Assembly (NCBI GenBank): GCA_964016885.1
Contig: OZ024743.1
Location: 305,226,001-305,290,000 of the forward strand
Source: Eledone cirrhosa
Taxonomy: Eukaryota
DNA length: 64,000 bases
Direction: 5' to 3'
Within the stretch, counting starts at the first letter, position 1. Each line of letters opens with the position of its first letter. The notes beneath the pieces were generated by a model, which was not told the DNA's origin, searched no databases, and was given only the letters and a program-made list of their open reading frames with translations. Made by a program: the position numbers and the translations under genes. Positions 35,111-49,000 of this stretch are shown here, in pieces.

Positions 35111-35680
35111 TGATGGCTGTCCCCTCGTTATCGAGTATGGTCATTCCACGATATACCATTATTAATAATTATTAATTAATTCTATCGTGCAAAGCCTGTG
35201 CGTGAAGATTATTTTTAACGTGAGGAAAGACTGTGCACCGAGCCAATCCCACTCTCTGAGCGACAGTAGCTATAACCCGAAAAGAAGAAAAGATCAACAT
35301 CATCGGTAACTACTGAGCCGCAGCTTTTATATTGGTGTTATCTCAGTTTCCTGGGTTGCCTTCTCCTAGAAGAATGCCCTGACACAGACTAGGGGTCCTT
35401 CACCCGCAGTTATCACGTCTGAGTGTTTACCATGCATATACACATATACATACATATGTACACGTCTATATACATATTTACACATTTTTGGATGGCCGTT
35501 GACTCTTATGAGTTTTTCTGCCCTTTGTCAGGTTTTGTTTTTTGTCCTGCAGGGTGTCCAAAATAACACTCCTCACCAAGTAAACTTCGTAGGGTTGCCG
35601 GTTTAGTCGCCGACGACCCGACCATGCGACAGGTTGTACTGGGTTACATGTTACCAGTAGCCCTCAAGGGTGACGCGACA
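35111..35680 (-). mobile_element. Short non-coding RTE-derived element (5' UTR-like head + 3' tail), copy 1
   Basis: About 35486-35670 closely matches about 37466-37635 (tttggatggccgttgactc...gttgccggtttagtcgccgacgacccgaccatg...gttgtactgggttacatgtt). Ends in gccatcat(GTAT)n. RTE origin is inferred from tail similarity to the 41670 remnant. Confidence 0.6.
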
Positions 35681-35707
35681 TACTTACATACTTACATACA
35701 TACATAT

Positions 35708-37084
35708 TGAAGTTAGAACTCGAAAAATACTAAACAACACCGGAAACTTCTAAATCAACAGTGACATAGATCGCCTTTACTTGAAACGTAAGCAGGGAGG
35801 CTGAGGCCTAACATCAGTCCAGACAGCATTTTAATGTCGCATCATATCGCTCCGACAATATCTACGAACCTAGAAGCGTAGGAGCCCGTCACTCGAGCAA
35901 GTCTATCTGCATGAAACAGATCATGAGAGTTGGGAAGGAACTCCTCGAAAGATATTCCCTGTGTGATAATCGAAATCTCACACCCAAGTAAGTGGCTCAG
36001 CAGTATCGCAGTGAATCCGTGGATGAAAAGCTGCATGCTTATCAGCAAAACATCATGCATAGATATGTTGCCAGGAAGTTCCAGAGTGAGTGTAATATAG
36101 ATAAAGAAAGTAGTCTATCTTGGACCAACAACCAATATATTGACTCCCACTTTGAAGGATACGCTTTTGCAATCCAAGAACAGGAAATAAACACGAAATA
36201 CATGATTCACAAAAGAGATAGGGATGCAGGCAAAATACCTAGATGTGAAAACAAGTGCAGACTGCAGAATTAACATCGAAGTTGTCACCCATGTCATAAG
36301 CAGCTGTCCAAAGATGTCACCGCGGTACTATCTACCTATGAGGCATGATGTAGTGGCGAAAACACTGTACAATGAAATCCGTAGAAAAGATAACCCCGAT
36401 AATAAACACATTAAAAGCTACAGCAATGTGGAAGACATACATATACATAATATGAAAGGTTACTGGTGGAATGTTCCAGTAAAACCACCAATAAAATGCA
36501 GGCATAACAGACCAAATATAATGATATGGGACAAGGAAAAGAAGGCATGCACAGTAGTGGAAGTTAACTGCCCAGCAGATGCCAGTATAATATCAAAGAT
36601 TAGCTAAAAGGAGAATATTTATGCAGAAATAATGAGAAATCTGCAGATACTCCATCCTGATTATACCTTCAGATTTATGCCTGTGATTATTGGGGCACTG
36701 GGATATGTTAGTAACTGCCTCAATACAAATCTTGAGAAGCTAGGCTTCACAGGAACAGAAAGAACATAACTTGTTAGGAAATTACAAGTACAATCCATTA
36801 ATGGAACAGTAAAATTATGTAAAACATTCCAAAAAGTTGGCATCTAATAACTGCATATACACATGTACAGATACAAAGCGTATACACATGCACACATACA
36901 ACTCAAAACATGCACATTCACACATACAATAACATTCATACCTACACATACATACATGCAGACATGCATACATATCTACCTAGTTGATGTTGTGTAAATT
37001 CCGATGAGAGAGTCTTGTATCTATGTTAGAAACCGACTCTCTCCCTATTGGCAAACATTTGTGAAATTATAAAACCAGAAGAAC
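35708..37084 (+). mobile_element. 5'-truncated REL-endonuclease LINE (R4-like, third family) inserted in (CATA)n
   Basis: SDIDRLYLKRKQGG.GL, FEGYAFAIQEQEINTK, CR...EVVTHVISSC, RHD, HNRPNIMIWD...VEVNCP. (CATA)n on both sides. Confidence 0.88.
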
Positions 37085-37137
37085 ATACGTACATACATAC
37101 ATACATACATACATACATACATACATACATACATACA

Positions 37138-37645
37138 TGATGGCTTCAAACTCTGCTAAGACTACTGCAATTGCTTGGAGGATTATAGAGTTTGGTGCAC
37201 TTTTATGTTATGACCAGTCACACAAAATTGTAACATATCCTGAACAAGCAATGCCTGTGCTTTGAATGTTTTTTTAAGTGGGGAAAGGCCTTGCACTCGA
37301 CCAATCCCACTCTCTGTGCATCGAAAACACTCCCCTAAAATGAGAACTGGTCAAGATCATCGGATGCCTCCGAAGCCACAGGACTTTTTCAGAATTTCCC
37401 TCACTTAGAAAGGTGTTGTGACAACAACTGGCGCCCTTTCACACCCAGGTGAAAACAACATACTATTTGGATGGCCGTTGACTCTGCTGAGTTCCTCCGC
37501 CCTTTGTCGGGTCTTGTATTTCATCCCGTCTCACCCTCCTCACCAAGCAAGCTTAGTGGGGTTGCCGGTTTAGTCGCCGACGACCCGACCATGAGATAGG
37601 TTGTACTGGGTTACATGTTGCCAGTAGCACTTGAGAGCAACCTGC
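37138..37645 (-). mobile_element. Short non-coding RTE-derived element, copy 2
   Basis: Same head as copy 1, shared internal motif gcac.....ccaatcccactctctg, and tail gccatcat(GTAT)n. Confidence 0.6.
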
Positions 37646-37726
<81 letters not shown>

Positions 37727-37728
<2 letters not shown>

Positions 37729-40700
37729 CACGATAAGTCGTACATTTTGTCACGGGAAAGTATTAATTAAATTTAAAATGAATACTATCTCCGACAGTAA
37801 TGCCATAACTACCAGTCGTGTTGAACCACTGGATATTCTTCTAACTATATCCACCCGAGACACATTTTATTCGAATTCGTAGAGATATCCGACTAAATAC
37901 ACAATTCATTTTACAAGGATTTGCTACAAACAGAATGGTTGCGGAGAACATCAACAACAATTTACCGAACACAAGCAACGAGACCAATTTACCGAAGTAA
38001 ATCAATGAGAACAGTAAACAAAATTTATTTAGTTGTAGCTAAAGAATAAACCGAAATTATAAATTGCAATTCTCACGGAGTTGCAAACTTAATGATGATT
38101 TATTTAATCGTTATAAAATGGCAAAAAAAATCCATCCGTTGTCTATATGAACAGAATGAAACTACACTGAGACGAAATACACCCAGAGCTGAATCATTTC
38201 ACAGCCAAACAATTACGCCAACAAGCAACTTTTGTTGAACGTAAAAATAAGATAAATATTATTAATTTTTAGTCCCCCAGAACAAACATGGAATCAACAG
38301 CACATGCTACAGGTCGCTATGCTGCTAGTCTTCCTAGCAGCCAGACCGAACAGTGCCTTGAAACAACTATGCCCGTAAGAAATTTTACACCACGTGTACC
38401 ATCTGAGTCATCCTTCACTGTTGTGGAAAACACTATTGCTAATAATAATCAAAAGTATAAACAATTGAAATTTTCCCTCAACGAAATCTTCCAGAGAGAA
38501 ATTAATTCATGTATAAACATTTCTTTTGCTGAACGTAATAAAACAAGAATACTGAAAACCAAATACCTGCTATTAAAATAGTAGATGAATATTTACGACA
38601 AATTAAAAGCCCACATTTTAGCAAATCAACACCCGTTTATATGCACTAGCAACGATAGTGGAGCATTATCTTGATGATAACAGAGATATTAACAAGAACA
38701 AAAGACCATCATATATAACTAAAATAGATAAAAAGTTTGCTTACCAACGAAAAACTCTAGGATATTTGACAATGCTCCTTGCATGCAAACAAAGAGAAAA
38801 AAACTTCACTCCTCACCAACAAACTCTACAATATAAGCTGATTATCCTCTACAAGAATTGATAGCTGTCAGCGAGAAGCTTCGATACTGAAGAGTGTAGA
38901 TAAAAGAAAATTAATTAATAAAAGATTCAGACGAAATCTAACATCAGTCTATAGATGCATGAAGGGCAAAGTAATAAATGTCACTGAGGCACCATCCCAG
39001 AAAGACAGATTCCTTCTGGAGAAAAATATGGGGTGAAAAGAAGAATTTCAACAGGATGCAGTGTGGCTAAAAGAAATCCAAAAGAATTATTGCTCCACTA
39101 CAACAAAAACATACGAAATAAATGAGACTGTGGTAGGAAAACACATGAAGAGACTTGATTATTGGCTACTGGTACAAAATACTAATACTCTATCGGATAT
39201 ACCTTATCAACCTCTACCAGCAAGATCTCAAGGCAGATGCACATATACCAGAATGGTTGACATTAGCACAAACAATACTAGTCCCCAAGAACAAAGGCAT
39301 CCACTTGACAAAAAAATACCAACCCACTACATGCCAGTATCTGATGTATAAGATGTATACAGCCTACCTGAACTTATTCCTCCAAGATCACTGCAACAGT
39401 AATGACATCATCACAGATGAACAAGCAGATGAAAAGAACGGTGTTTGGGGTGTGCTGAACAACTCCTAATTAACAAAGTTGCGATGTCAGAGGAGCGATA
39501 ACTTAGGAGGAATAAGGTTACAGTCTGGCTGGACTACAGGAAAGCATTTGATTCTGTTGCCCACACTTGGATGATACAGGCTCTCCAAGTTGCTAAACTC
39601 CTAGACATTATTGTCAGAGCCAAAGAGAAGCTGTTATCTTCCTGTTCTCTAACCTAAAGTTAAAAACAGAGAAGAAGGATTCTATTTTCACTGATAAAAT
39701 AGCATATCACAGGGGTGTATTTCAAGGAGACAGTCTCTTTGTGCTATTTATCCTGTTATTAAACCTATTGTCCTTTCTGCTCAAGAAATGTGAAGGATAC
39801 ATCATGGTTCACAGGAGGACAGAAATACGAACTTAACCCATAATTTCTTTGTGGATGACCTGAAACTCTATGCCAAGAACATAAATAGGATGAAGAAAAA
39901 TCTTGACCTGGTTACAACATTCTCAAACGATATAGGAATGGAGTTTGGCCAGGATAAATGCTCATATATGACTGTAAAGTGGGGCAAAACTACAACCCAA
40001 TCGAGCACTATTTTTATCAATGGCCTGTTTCACCGATATTTGACGAGGACTGCTACAGATACCTGGGGATAGATGAGAATATAATGGTATTTGTAATAAG
40101 GAATGCGTAACAAGAGAATATTACACCCGATAAAGAAAAATATGATCATCAGAATTCTCTGTGCACAATAAAACAGTGGCTCACAATGTGCTAGCTGTGC
40201 CTTTTCTAACATCAACATTTGGAATACTCGAGTGGACGATAGACGAAATCTGAGCCATTGCTGTTAAAACTTGAAAAGTCCTAAACAACACCGGAAACTT
40301 CCACATCAACAGTGGCATAGACCGCCTCTACTTCAAACGTAAGCAGTGAGGCAGAGGCCTAACATCAGTCCAAACAGCATTTGATTGTCGCATCAAATCC
40401 CTCCAACAACACTTACGACTTTCGAATCATGGGAGCCCATCTGTTGTGCATGTCTTTCTTCAGGAAATAGATAAGATCATGAGAATTGGAATAACTCGTT
40501 GAAAGATATTCCCTGCATGATAATCAAAGCTCACACCCAGAGAAATTGCCCAGCGATAACGCAGCGAATCCATGGATGAAACACTGCATGGTTATCAGCA
40601 AAAAACATGCATGTATATGTTGCCAGGAAACTCCACAGTGAGAGTAATATAGATAAGCAACTTAGTTTATCTAGGACCAACAACCAATATATTGGCTCCC

Positions 40701-41587
40701 ACTTTGAAGAATATGGTTTTGCAATCCAAGGACAGGCAATCAACACAAAATACCCGATTCACAACAGAGATAGGGAAGCAGGTAAAACACCTATATGTGA
40801 CAACAAATGCAGACTCTGCTGAATTAACATCGAAGATGTCACCTATGTCATAAGCATCTGTCCAAAGTTGTCATCAAGGTACTATCTACCTATGAGGCAT
40901 GATGTAGTGGCCAAAACACTTTACAATGCACTCCGTAGAAAAGATAACCCCTACAATAAACACATTAAAAGTTACAGCAATGTAGAAGACATACATATAC
41001 TTAATATGAAAAGTTACTGGTGGAATGTTCCAGTCAAACTCCAATAAAATGCAGGCATAACAGACCAAATATAATGATATGGGACATGGAAAATAAGGCA
41101 TGCACAATAGTGGAAGTTAACTGTCCAGCAGATGCCAATATAATATTAGAGATTAGCGAAAAGGAGAATATCTATGCAGAACTGATGAGAAATCTGCGCA
41201 TACTCCACCCTGATTATGCCTTCAGATTTATGCCTGTGGTTATTGGGGCACTGGGATAAGTTAGTAACTGCCTCAATACAAATTTTGAGAAGCTTGGCTT
41301 CGCAGAAACAGAAAGAACACAACTAGTTAGGAAATTACAAGTACAATCCATTAATGGAACAGTAAATATATATAAAACATTCCAATAATTTTGCATCTAA
41401 TAATTGCATGCACACTTGTACTGATACAAAGCATATGTACATGCACACATATAACACAAAACATTCACATCCTGGCATACATTAACATCCATACCTGCAC
41501 ACACATGCATGTATGCAGATATACATTCATATCTACTTAGTTGATGTTGTTTAAATTCTAATGAGTCTTGTATCTATGTTAGAAACC

Positions 41588-41628
<41 letters not shown>

Positions 41629-41662
41629 GGTAAAAGTTTATAAAATTATAAAACCAGAAGAA
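37727..41662 (+). mobile_element. Long decayed copy of the third REL-LINE family
   Basis: RT motifs VWLDYRKAFDSVAH, RGVFQGDSL, FFVDDLKLY, YRYLG. About 40270-41662 aligns with 35720-37084 and shares the 3' end attataaaaccagaagaa. Preceded by (CA)n, followed by TACATACAT. Confidence 0.88.
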
Positions 41663-41669
41663 AATACAT

Positions 41670-42055
41670 ACATGTGGGCTGCATCTCGATTTCAAGAATT
41701 ATTTCTACTTGATCTCCTTCCCACACATGGGTGGCACGAACTTGACACTTTAGCCCTGCCAAAGATTTACATTCCTTTCTGCATATGCTGCAGTGATGAA
41801 CTTTAATTCACTGTTTTGTCTTGGTGAACCTTGAAATGACATTGCAGTCCATTGGACGTGGCACATAGTTTTCCACACTTCCAACAGGAAGAAATGCCAA
41901 AGAGACCATAATCAGCAACATTTTGTACATGACTTGTGTGATGACTAAGACTAGATTTCCTGAGGCAAATTCGGCCACACTCATTGCACATAAAGTCATT
42001 TTGTGCCTTTGAAAATCTAGGTAAAGCAGATCGTTCTTTAATTTTACATGCTCCA
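41670..42055 (-). mobile_element. RTE-like LINE 3' remnant with C2H2 zinc fingers
   Basis: CNECGRICLRKSSLSHHTSH and CWKCGKLCATSNGLQCHFKVH, then tail cgagatgcagcccacatgtatgtat. Confidence 0.6.
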
Positions 42056-42087
42056 CTCGTGGTGTTTAAAATTCCTGTTTTCCATTA

Positions 42088-42174
42088 AACACATACACGC
42101 ACACATACATAAATACACGCACACATACATACATACATACATACATACATACATACATACATACATACATACAT

Positions 42175-42246
<72 letters not shown>

Positions 42247-42415
42247 ACATATCCATACATACGTGCGTACACACATACATACATATACATATATACAAAG
42301 ATACATACATACATTTAAACATGCGCACGCACACACATACACACACATACGTATATTTATATACACACACATACATACCACATACAGATAGACAAGCGGA
42401 CAGACAGATAGACAG
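42088..42415. repeat. Compound (CATA)n/(CA)n microsatellite (others at 288-371, 25103-25220, 35060-35110, 37084-37137, 37648-37726, 41590-41623)
   Basis: Direct inspection. Confidence 0.95.
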
Positions 42416-43079
42416 CATAGAACACTTTAATTGAATTCAAAACTTTATCTTATGCTTTATGTTGATCATTAATTGCAACTGGGTAATTGCTGGCCTTGTG
42501 CCTAAAGTAGAAACAATTAATTGCATTCTACCTCCTTGAGAAATAAGGGAAGTAACTATGAAATATTGATAATACCTCAGAGAGAACCAAGGGAACTAAC
42601 TATGAAATCATCATTCTCCCTCATACAGAATCAAGGGAAGTAATTATGATATCTTGCAACCAGAAGGATGAAAGAGAAAGGGACAGAAATCGATAGAACG
42701 ACATCTTGTTCATGATGAGAAAACTATTAAACTTAATTGTGAATTAGTAATTAAATATACAATTTTGTTTTCCTTCTTTATTTTACTGTTTCATGCCGAG
42801 AGCAGTACATGGTCCAACAATATTTTAAGGTCTCCTTCTTTTAGCTACCGTTGTCTCAGATCCTGACGATATATGATCAAATACATTCGGGGTATAACCA
42901 AGTTTTTCATCTCACAGATAATTTCAAATCTTTTTTTGATCTGTCAGATAATCAAATTATCTTTTTTGCACAAATTCATAGGCTCCAGCATGAGCTGGAC
43001 CCACCCATCACTTCTTATTCACACAGAGAGCACAGACTCTGTACCTTTCTGAGAAATAAATGTTTGATTCCTTATTTAT

Positions 43080-46000
43080 AGATATCTCTACTGTCTAGTG
43101 TATATATATATATATAATGTACATATAGGATAAATGCCTTCTCTGCTATCTAGGGTATATACAATGTGCCAACAGATAAAGACTCTCTCTATTTTGTAGA
43201 GTATATATATAATGTACATATGGATATAGACCATCTCTGCTGTCTAGGGTATATATTGTATAGATATAGACCATCTCTGCTGTCTAGGGTATATATAAGG
43301 TACATATACATAAAGACAATCTATACCGTCTAAATTATATATATTGTATAGGTATAGACCATCTCTGCTGTCTAGGGTATATATAATGTACATATAGATA
43401 TAGACTAATTCTGGTATTTTGGGTGCATATAATATACATATATATAAAGACTATCCCTACTATCCAGGGTATATATACTGTATCTATATATATATATAGA
43501 CCATCTCTGTCGTCTAGGGTATATATACTGTACCTAGAGATATACATTATCTCTGTTCTCTAATGTATATATATTGTACCTAGACATATAGACATCTCTG
43601 TTCTCTAAGGTATATATATATTGTACCTAGACATATAGACATCTCTGTTCTCTAGGGTATATATACTGTACCTAGAGATATAGACCATCTCTGTTCTCTA
43701 AGGTATATATACTGTACCTAGAGATATAGACTATCTCTATTCTCTAGGGTATATATACTGTACCTAGACATATAGACCATCTCTGTTCTCTAGGGTATAT
43801 ATACTGTACCTAGAGATATAGACTATCTCTGTTCTCTAGGGTATATATAGTGTACCTAGAGATATAGACATCTCTGTTCTCTAGGGTATATATACTGTAC
43901 TTAGACATATAGACCATCTCTGTTCTCTAGGGTATATATACTGTACCTAGAGATATAGACCGTCTCTGTTCTCTAAGGTAGATATACTGTACCTGGAGAT
44001 ATAGACCATCTCTGTTCTCTAAGGTATATATACTGTACCTAGAGAAATAGACCATCTCTGTGCTCTAGGGCATATATACTGAACCTAGACATTTAGACCA
44101 TCTCTGTTCTCTAGGGTATATATACTGTACCTAGAGATATAGACCATCTCTGTTCTCTAAGGTATATATAGTGTACCTAGAGATATAGACCATCACTGTT
44201 CTCTAAAGTATATATACTGTACCTAGAGATATAGACACTCTCTGTTCTCTAGGGTATATATACTGTACCTAGAGATATAGACATCTCTGTTCTGTAAGGT
44301 CTATATACTGTTCCTATATAGACATCTCTGTTCTCTAGGGTATATATACTGTACCTAGAGATATAGACCATCTCTGTTCTCTAAGGTATATATACTGTAC
44401 CTAGAGATATAGACCATCTCTGTTCTCTAGGGTATATATACTGTACCTAGACATATAGACCAACTCTGTTCTCTAGGCTATATATATTGTACCTAGAGAT
44501 ATAGACCATCTCTATTCTCTAGGGTATATATACTGTACCTAGAGCTATAGACTATCTCTGTTCTCTAAGGTATATATACTGTACCTAGAGATATAGATAT
44601 CTCTGTTCTCTAAGGTATATATACTGTACCTAGAGATATAGACAATCTCTGTTCTCTAGGATATATATATACCGTTCCTATATAGACATCTCTGTTCTCT
44701 AGGGTATATATACTGTACCTAGACATATAGACATCTCTGTTCTCTAAGGTATATATACTGTAACTAGATATAGACAATCTCTATTCTCTAAGGTATATAT
44801 ACTGTACCTAGAGATATAGACAATCTCTATTCTCTAAGGTATATATACTGTACCTAGAGATATAGACCATCTCTATTCTCTAAGGTATATATACTGTACC
44901 TAGACATATAGACCATCTCTGTTCTCTAAGGTATATATACTGTACCTAGACATATAGACATCTCTGTTCTCTAGGGTATATATACTGTACCTAGAGATAT
45001 AGACATCTCTGTTCTCGAAGGTATATATACTGCACCGAAACATATAGACCATCTCTGTTCTTTAAGGTATATATACTGTACCTAGAGATATAGATGATCT
45101 CTGTTTTCTAGGGTATATATACTGCACCTAGACATATAGACCATCTCTGTTCTTTAAGGTATATATGATGTACCTAGAGATATAGACCATCTCTGTTCTC
45201 TAGGGTATATATACTGTACCTAGAGATATAGACCATCACTCTTCTCTAACGTATATATGCTGTACCTAGAGATATAGACCATCTCTGTTCTTTAAGGTAT
45301 ATATACTGTACCTAGACATATAAACATCTCTGTTCTCTAAGGTATATATACTGTACCTAGAGATATAGACTATCTCTGTTCTTTATGGTATATATACTGT
45401 ACCTAGAGATATAGACCATCTCTGTTCTCTAAGGTATATATACGGTACCTAGACATATAGACTATCTCTGTTCTCTAGGGTGTATATACTACACCTATAT
45501 AGATATCTCTGTTCTCTAGGGTATATATACTGCAGCTATATAGACATCTCTGTTCTCTAGGGTATATATACTGCAGCTATATAGACATCTCTGTTCTCTA
45601 ACGTATATATATTGCACCTAGACATATAGACCATTTCTGTTCTCTAAGGTGTATACACTGTACCTAGAGATATAGATATCTCTGTTCTTTAAGGTATATA
45701 TACTGTACCTAGAGATATAGACTATCTCTATTCTCTAGGGTATATATACTGTACCTAGACATATAGACATCTCTGTTCTCTAGGGTATATATACGGTACC
45801 TATAGATATAGTCTATCTCTGTTTTCTAAGGTATACATACTGTACCTAGACATATAGACATCTCTGTTCTCTAGGGTATATATACTGTACCTAGATATAT
45901 AGACTATCTCTGCTATCTCGGGTATATATACAGTACCTAGAGATATAGACCATCTCTGTTCTCTAGGGTATATATACTGTACCTAGACATATAGACATCT

Positions 46001-49000
46001 CTGTTCTCTAGTGTATATATAGTGTACCTAGAGATATAGACGATCTCTGTTCTCTAAGGTATATATACTGTACCTAGAGATATAGACTATCTCTATTCTC
46101 TAGGGTATATATACTGTACCTAGACATATAGACATCTCTGTTCTCTAGGGTATATATACGGAACCTATAGATATAGTCTATCTCTGTTTTCTAAGGTATA
46201 TATACTGTACCTAGAGATATAGACTATCTCTGTTCTCTAGGGTATATATAGTGTACCTAGAGATATAGACATCTCTGTTCTCTAGGGTATATATACTGTA
46301 CTTAGACATATAGACCATCTCTGTTCTCTAGGGTATATATACTGTACCTAGAGATATAGACCGTCTCTGTTCTCTAAGGTAGATATACTGTACCTGGAGA
46401 TATAGACCATCTCTGTTCTCTAAGGTATATATACTGTACCTAGAGAAATAGACCATCTCTGTGCTCTAGGGCATATATACTGTACCTAGACATTTAGACC
46501 ATCTCTGTTCTCTAGGGTATATATACTGTACCTAGAGATATAGACCATCTCTGTTCTCTAAGGTATATATAGTGTACCTAGAGATATAGACCATCACTGT
46601 TCTCTAAAGTATATATACTGTACCTAGAGATATAGACACTCTCTGTTCTCTAGGGTATATATACTGTACCTAGAGATATAGACATCTCTGTTCTGTAAGG
46701 TCTATATACTGTTCCTATATAGACATCTCTGTTCTCTAGGGTATATATACTGTACCTAGAGATATAGACCATCTCTGTTCTCTAAGGTATATATACTGTA
46801 CCTAGAGATATAGACCATCTCTGTTCTCTAGGGTATATATACTGTACCTAGACATATAGACCATCTCTGTTCTCTAGGCTATATATATTGTACCTAGAGA
46901 TATAGACCATCTCTATTCTCTAGGGTATATATACTGTACCTAGAGCTATAGACTATCTCTGTTCTCTAAGGTATATATACGGTACCTAGAGATATAGATA
47001 TCTCTGTTCTCTAAGGTATATATACTGTACCTAGAGATATAGACCATCTCTGTTCTCTAGGATATATATATACCGTTCCTATATAGACATCTCTGTTCTC
47101 TAGGGTATATATACTGTACCTAGACATATAGACATCTCTGTTCTCTAAGGTATATATACTGTAACTAGATATAGACAATCTCTATTCTCTAAGGTATATA
47201 TACGGTACCTAGAGATATAGACAATCTCTATTCTCTAAGGTATATATACTGTACCTAGAGATATAGACCATCTCTATTCTCTAAGGTATATATACTGTAC
47301 CTAGACATATAGACCATCTCTGTTCTCTAAGGTATATATACTGTACCTAGACATATAGACATCTCTGTTCTCTAGGGTATATATACTGTACCTAGAGATA
47401 TAGACATATCTGTTCTCGAAGGTATATATACTGCACCGAAACATATAGACCATCTCTGTTCTTTAAGGTATATATACTGTACCTAGAGATATAGATGATC
47501 TCTGTTTTCTAGGGTATATATACTGCACCTAGACATATAGACCATCTCTGTTCTTTAAGGTATATATGATGTACCTAGAGATATAGACCATCTCTGTTCT
47601 CTAGGGTATATATACTGTACCTAGAGATATAGACCATCACTCTTCTCTAACGTATATATGCTGTACCTAGAGATATAGACCATCTCTGTTCTTTAAGGTA
47701 TATATACTGTACCTAGACATATAAACATCTCTGTTCTCTAAGGTATATATACTGTACCTAGAGATATAGACTATCTCTGTTCTTTATGGTATATATACTG
47801 TACCTAGAGATATAGACCATCTCTGTTCTCTAAGGTATATATACGGTACCTAGACATATAGACTATCTCTGTTCTCTAGGGTGTATATACTACACCTATA
47901 TAGATATCTCTGTTCTCTAGGGTATATATACTGCAGCTATATAGACATCTCTGTTCTCTAGGGTATATATACTGCAGCTATATAGACATCTCTGTTCTCT
48001 AACGTATATATATTGCACCTAGACATATAGACCATTTCTGTTCTCTAAGGTGTATACACTGTACCTAGAGATATAGATATCTCTGTTCTTTAAGGTATAT
48101 ATACTGTACCTAGAGATATAGACTATCTCTATTCTCTAGGGTATATATACTGTACCTAGACATATAGACATCTCTGTTCTCTAGGGTATATATACGGTAC
48201 CTATAGATATAGTCTATCTCTGTTTTCTAAGGTATATATACTGTACCTAGATATATAGACTATCTCTGTTTTCTAAGGTATATATACTGTACCTAGACAT
48301 ATAGACATCTCTGTTCTCTAGGGTATATATACTGTACCTAGATATATAGACTATCTCTGCTATCTCGGGTATATATACAGTACCTAGAGATATAGACCAT
48401 CTCTGTTCTCTAGGGTATATATACTGTACCTAGACATATAGACCATCTCTGTTCTCTAAGGTATATATACTGTACCTAGAGATATAGACCATCTCTGTTC
48501 TCTAGGGTATATATACTGTACCTAGAGATATAGACATCTCTGTTCTCTAGGGTATATATAGTGTACCTAGAGATATAGACGATCTCTGTTCTCTAAGGTA
48601 TATATACTGTACCTAGAGATATAGACTATCTCTATTCTCTAGGGTATATATACTGTACCTAGACATATAGACATCTCTGTTCTCTAGGGTATATATACTG
48701 CAGCTATATAGACATCTCTGTTCTCTAGGGTTCTATATACTGCAGCTATATAGACATCTCTGTTCTCTAACGTATATATATTGCACCTAGACATATAGAC
48801 CATTTCTGTTCTCTAAGGTGTATACACTGTACCTAGAGATATAGATATCTCTGTTCTTTAAGGTATATATACTGTACCTAGAGATATAGACTATCTCTAT
48901 TCTCTAGGGTATATATACTGTACCTAGACATATAGACATCTCTGTTCTCTAGGGTATATATACGGTACCTATAGATATAGACTATCTCTGTTTTCTAGGG

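Noticed and set aside
35590-35680. HDV-like ribozyme in the RTE-derived head
   Set aside because: A hairpin followed by CTAA is present, but I could not build a consistent P1/P1.1/P3. It is kept only as a generic structured-head finding.
41803-41991. Host C2H2 zinc-finger gene
   Set aside because: It is decayed, has no splice context and is followed by a retroelement-type tail. It is better explained as an RTE C-terminus.
42044-42434. ORFs rich in CV/MY/HT repeats (also 24961-25418, 29768-30107, 34877-35107, 37553-37882)
   Set aside because: These are translations of microsatellites.
42840-43060. Exon candidate after ttatttctcAG on the minus strand
   Set aside because: Stops in all three frames within about 100 nt and no MAM similarity.
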